From assembly GCA_963775425.1 (NCBI GenBank), contig CAVZJB010000004.1, positions 604,677 to 668,676 of the forward strand: 64,000 nucleotides of DNA, given 5' to 3'. Positions 62,064-64,000 of this stretch are shown here, piece after piece (within the stretch, counting starts at the first letter, position 1; the number at the start of each line of letters is the position of its first letter). The notes beneath the pieces were generated by a model. The model ran no database searches, had not been told where the DNA came from, and saw only the letters and a list, made by a program, of their open reading frames with translations. The position numbers and the translations under genes were made by a program. Origin of the DNA: an uncultured delta proteobacterium (GTDB lineage: Bacteria > Myxococcota > UBA727 > VGSZ01).

Positions 62064-62164
62064 GACGATGAGTCTACGCCCGCAGGTCCCGCGCACCCGC
62101 CGTCGGGGCATCGGACGACGCACCGACCCCGCGCAGGGGCACATCGGCCTGTCGGTCGGCGCCG

Positions 62165-63507
<1,343 letters not shown>

Positions 63508-63511
<4 letters not shown>

Positions 63512-63903
63512 GATGCGCTCCGGGAAGGCAAACGCCGGCGCCGCGCGTTTGCATCCGCGAGGACCACGAGCGACCAGGCCGTGACGATCATCAACCCGCC
63601 GCACTCGCGGGCCTCTTCCTCGACGTCGTCACCCGTGTGCATATAGAACGTCGTGCGCGTGTCTTCGTCGAAGTAGACAGGGACGGCGGGAGACAGGGTG
63701 AGGCCCCATACGAACGCGAAGGTAGCGACCACCGCCGCCTGCCACCGCAGGGGCGCCCCGGCGGCCCCGGTGACGCACAGGATGAGCGCGGCGGCGTAGA
63801 CGGCGATCCAGGGGACGGCGTCCGGGTCGTTGAGCTGAACCGCGATGCACAGCGCGAAGACCAGCGCCATGACGACGTGCAGACCCCGGATCAGCCACTT
63901 CAT
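63508..63903 (-). CDS. TMEM220-family membrane protein
   Basis: VQLNDPD..PWIAVY and EEARECGGL motifs; ATGA overlap with the regulator. Confidence 0.8.
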
Positions 63904-63923
63904 ACCGGGCGCACTCTACCTTC

Positions 63924-63951
63924 TTGACGGCCCCCCGTCGTTCGGAGATGG
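63924..63951 (+). promoter_or_regulatory. Probable sigma70 promoter of the tRNA
   Basis: TTGACG at 63924-63929 with a weak -10 (GATGGT). Confidence 0.35.
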
Positions 63952-63965
63952 TGCCTCCCGTCCGC

Positions 63966-64000
63966 GCCCAGATGGCGGAACTGGTAGACGCGCTAGGTTC
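63966..64000 (+). tRNA. tRNA-Leu, 5' part (truncated at the window edge; anticodon starts with C)
   Basis: GCCCAGATGGCGGAACTGGTAGACGCGCTAGGTTC: Leu-type D-arm; anticodon stem CTAGG then TT-C. Confidence 0.88.

Noticed and set aside
63966-64000. tRNA-Leu as an integration site for an island in this window
   Set aside because: No integrase or duplicated tRNA fragment is seen, and the tRNA 3' end lies outside the window.

Overview
Very GC-rich, densely coding window with Myxococcota-type hallmarks: MYXO-CTERM-like tails, two Hanks-type Ser/Thr kinases, a sigma54 activator, Cys-rich lipoproteins and a CglB-like vWA lipoprotein. Most ORFs in the supplied track are GC-rich shadow frames; about 45 genes look real. 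Recognisable genes are ahpC, infA, a VKOR-DsbA fusion, a purple-acid-phosphatase-type surface enzyme, DUF989/PuuD plus a cytochrome c, an LtaS-type sulfatase with GT-C membrane proteins, an atypical Hsp70 operon, an hpf-like gene, a MoxR/DUF58/BatA-vWA operon, a deoxynucleoside kinase, an M20 peptidase, a vWA plus two-component module, an amino-acid ABC transporter, an NtrY/NtrC-like pair, and the 5' part of a tRNA-Leu at the right edge. Best leads: (1) a non-canonical Hsp70 + HPD-less J-like protein + membrane helical protein operon; (2) a 1248-aa ORF whose MYXO-CTERM-like tail runs straight into a lipoprotein signal (possible polyprotein); (3) a defective IS1182-type element and its 308-bp MITE derivative, both abutting TGA stop codons; (4) an intergenic repeat also present in tandem, in frame, inside an internally duplicated PcfJ-domain protein; (5) (Gly-Glu)n linkers in six unrelated exported proteins. 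All assignments come from reading motifs by eye; no database search was run.
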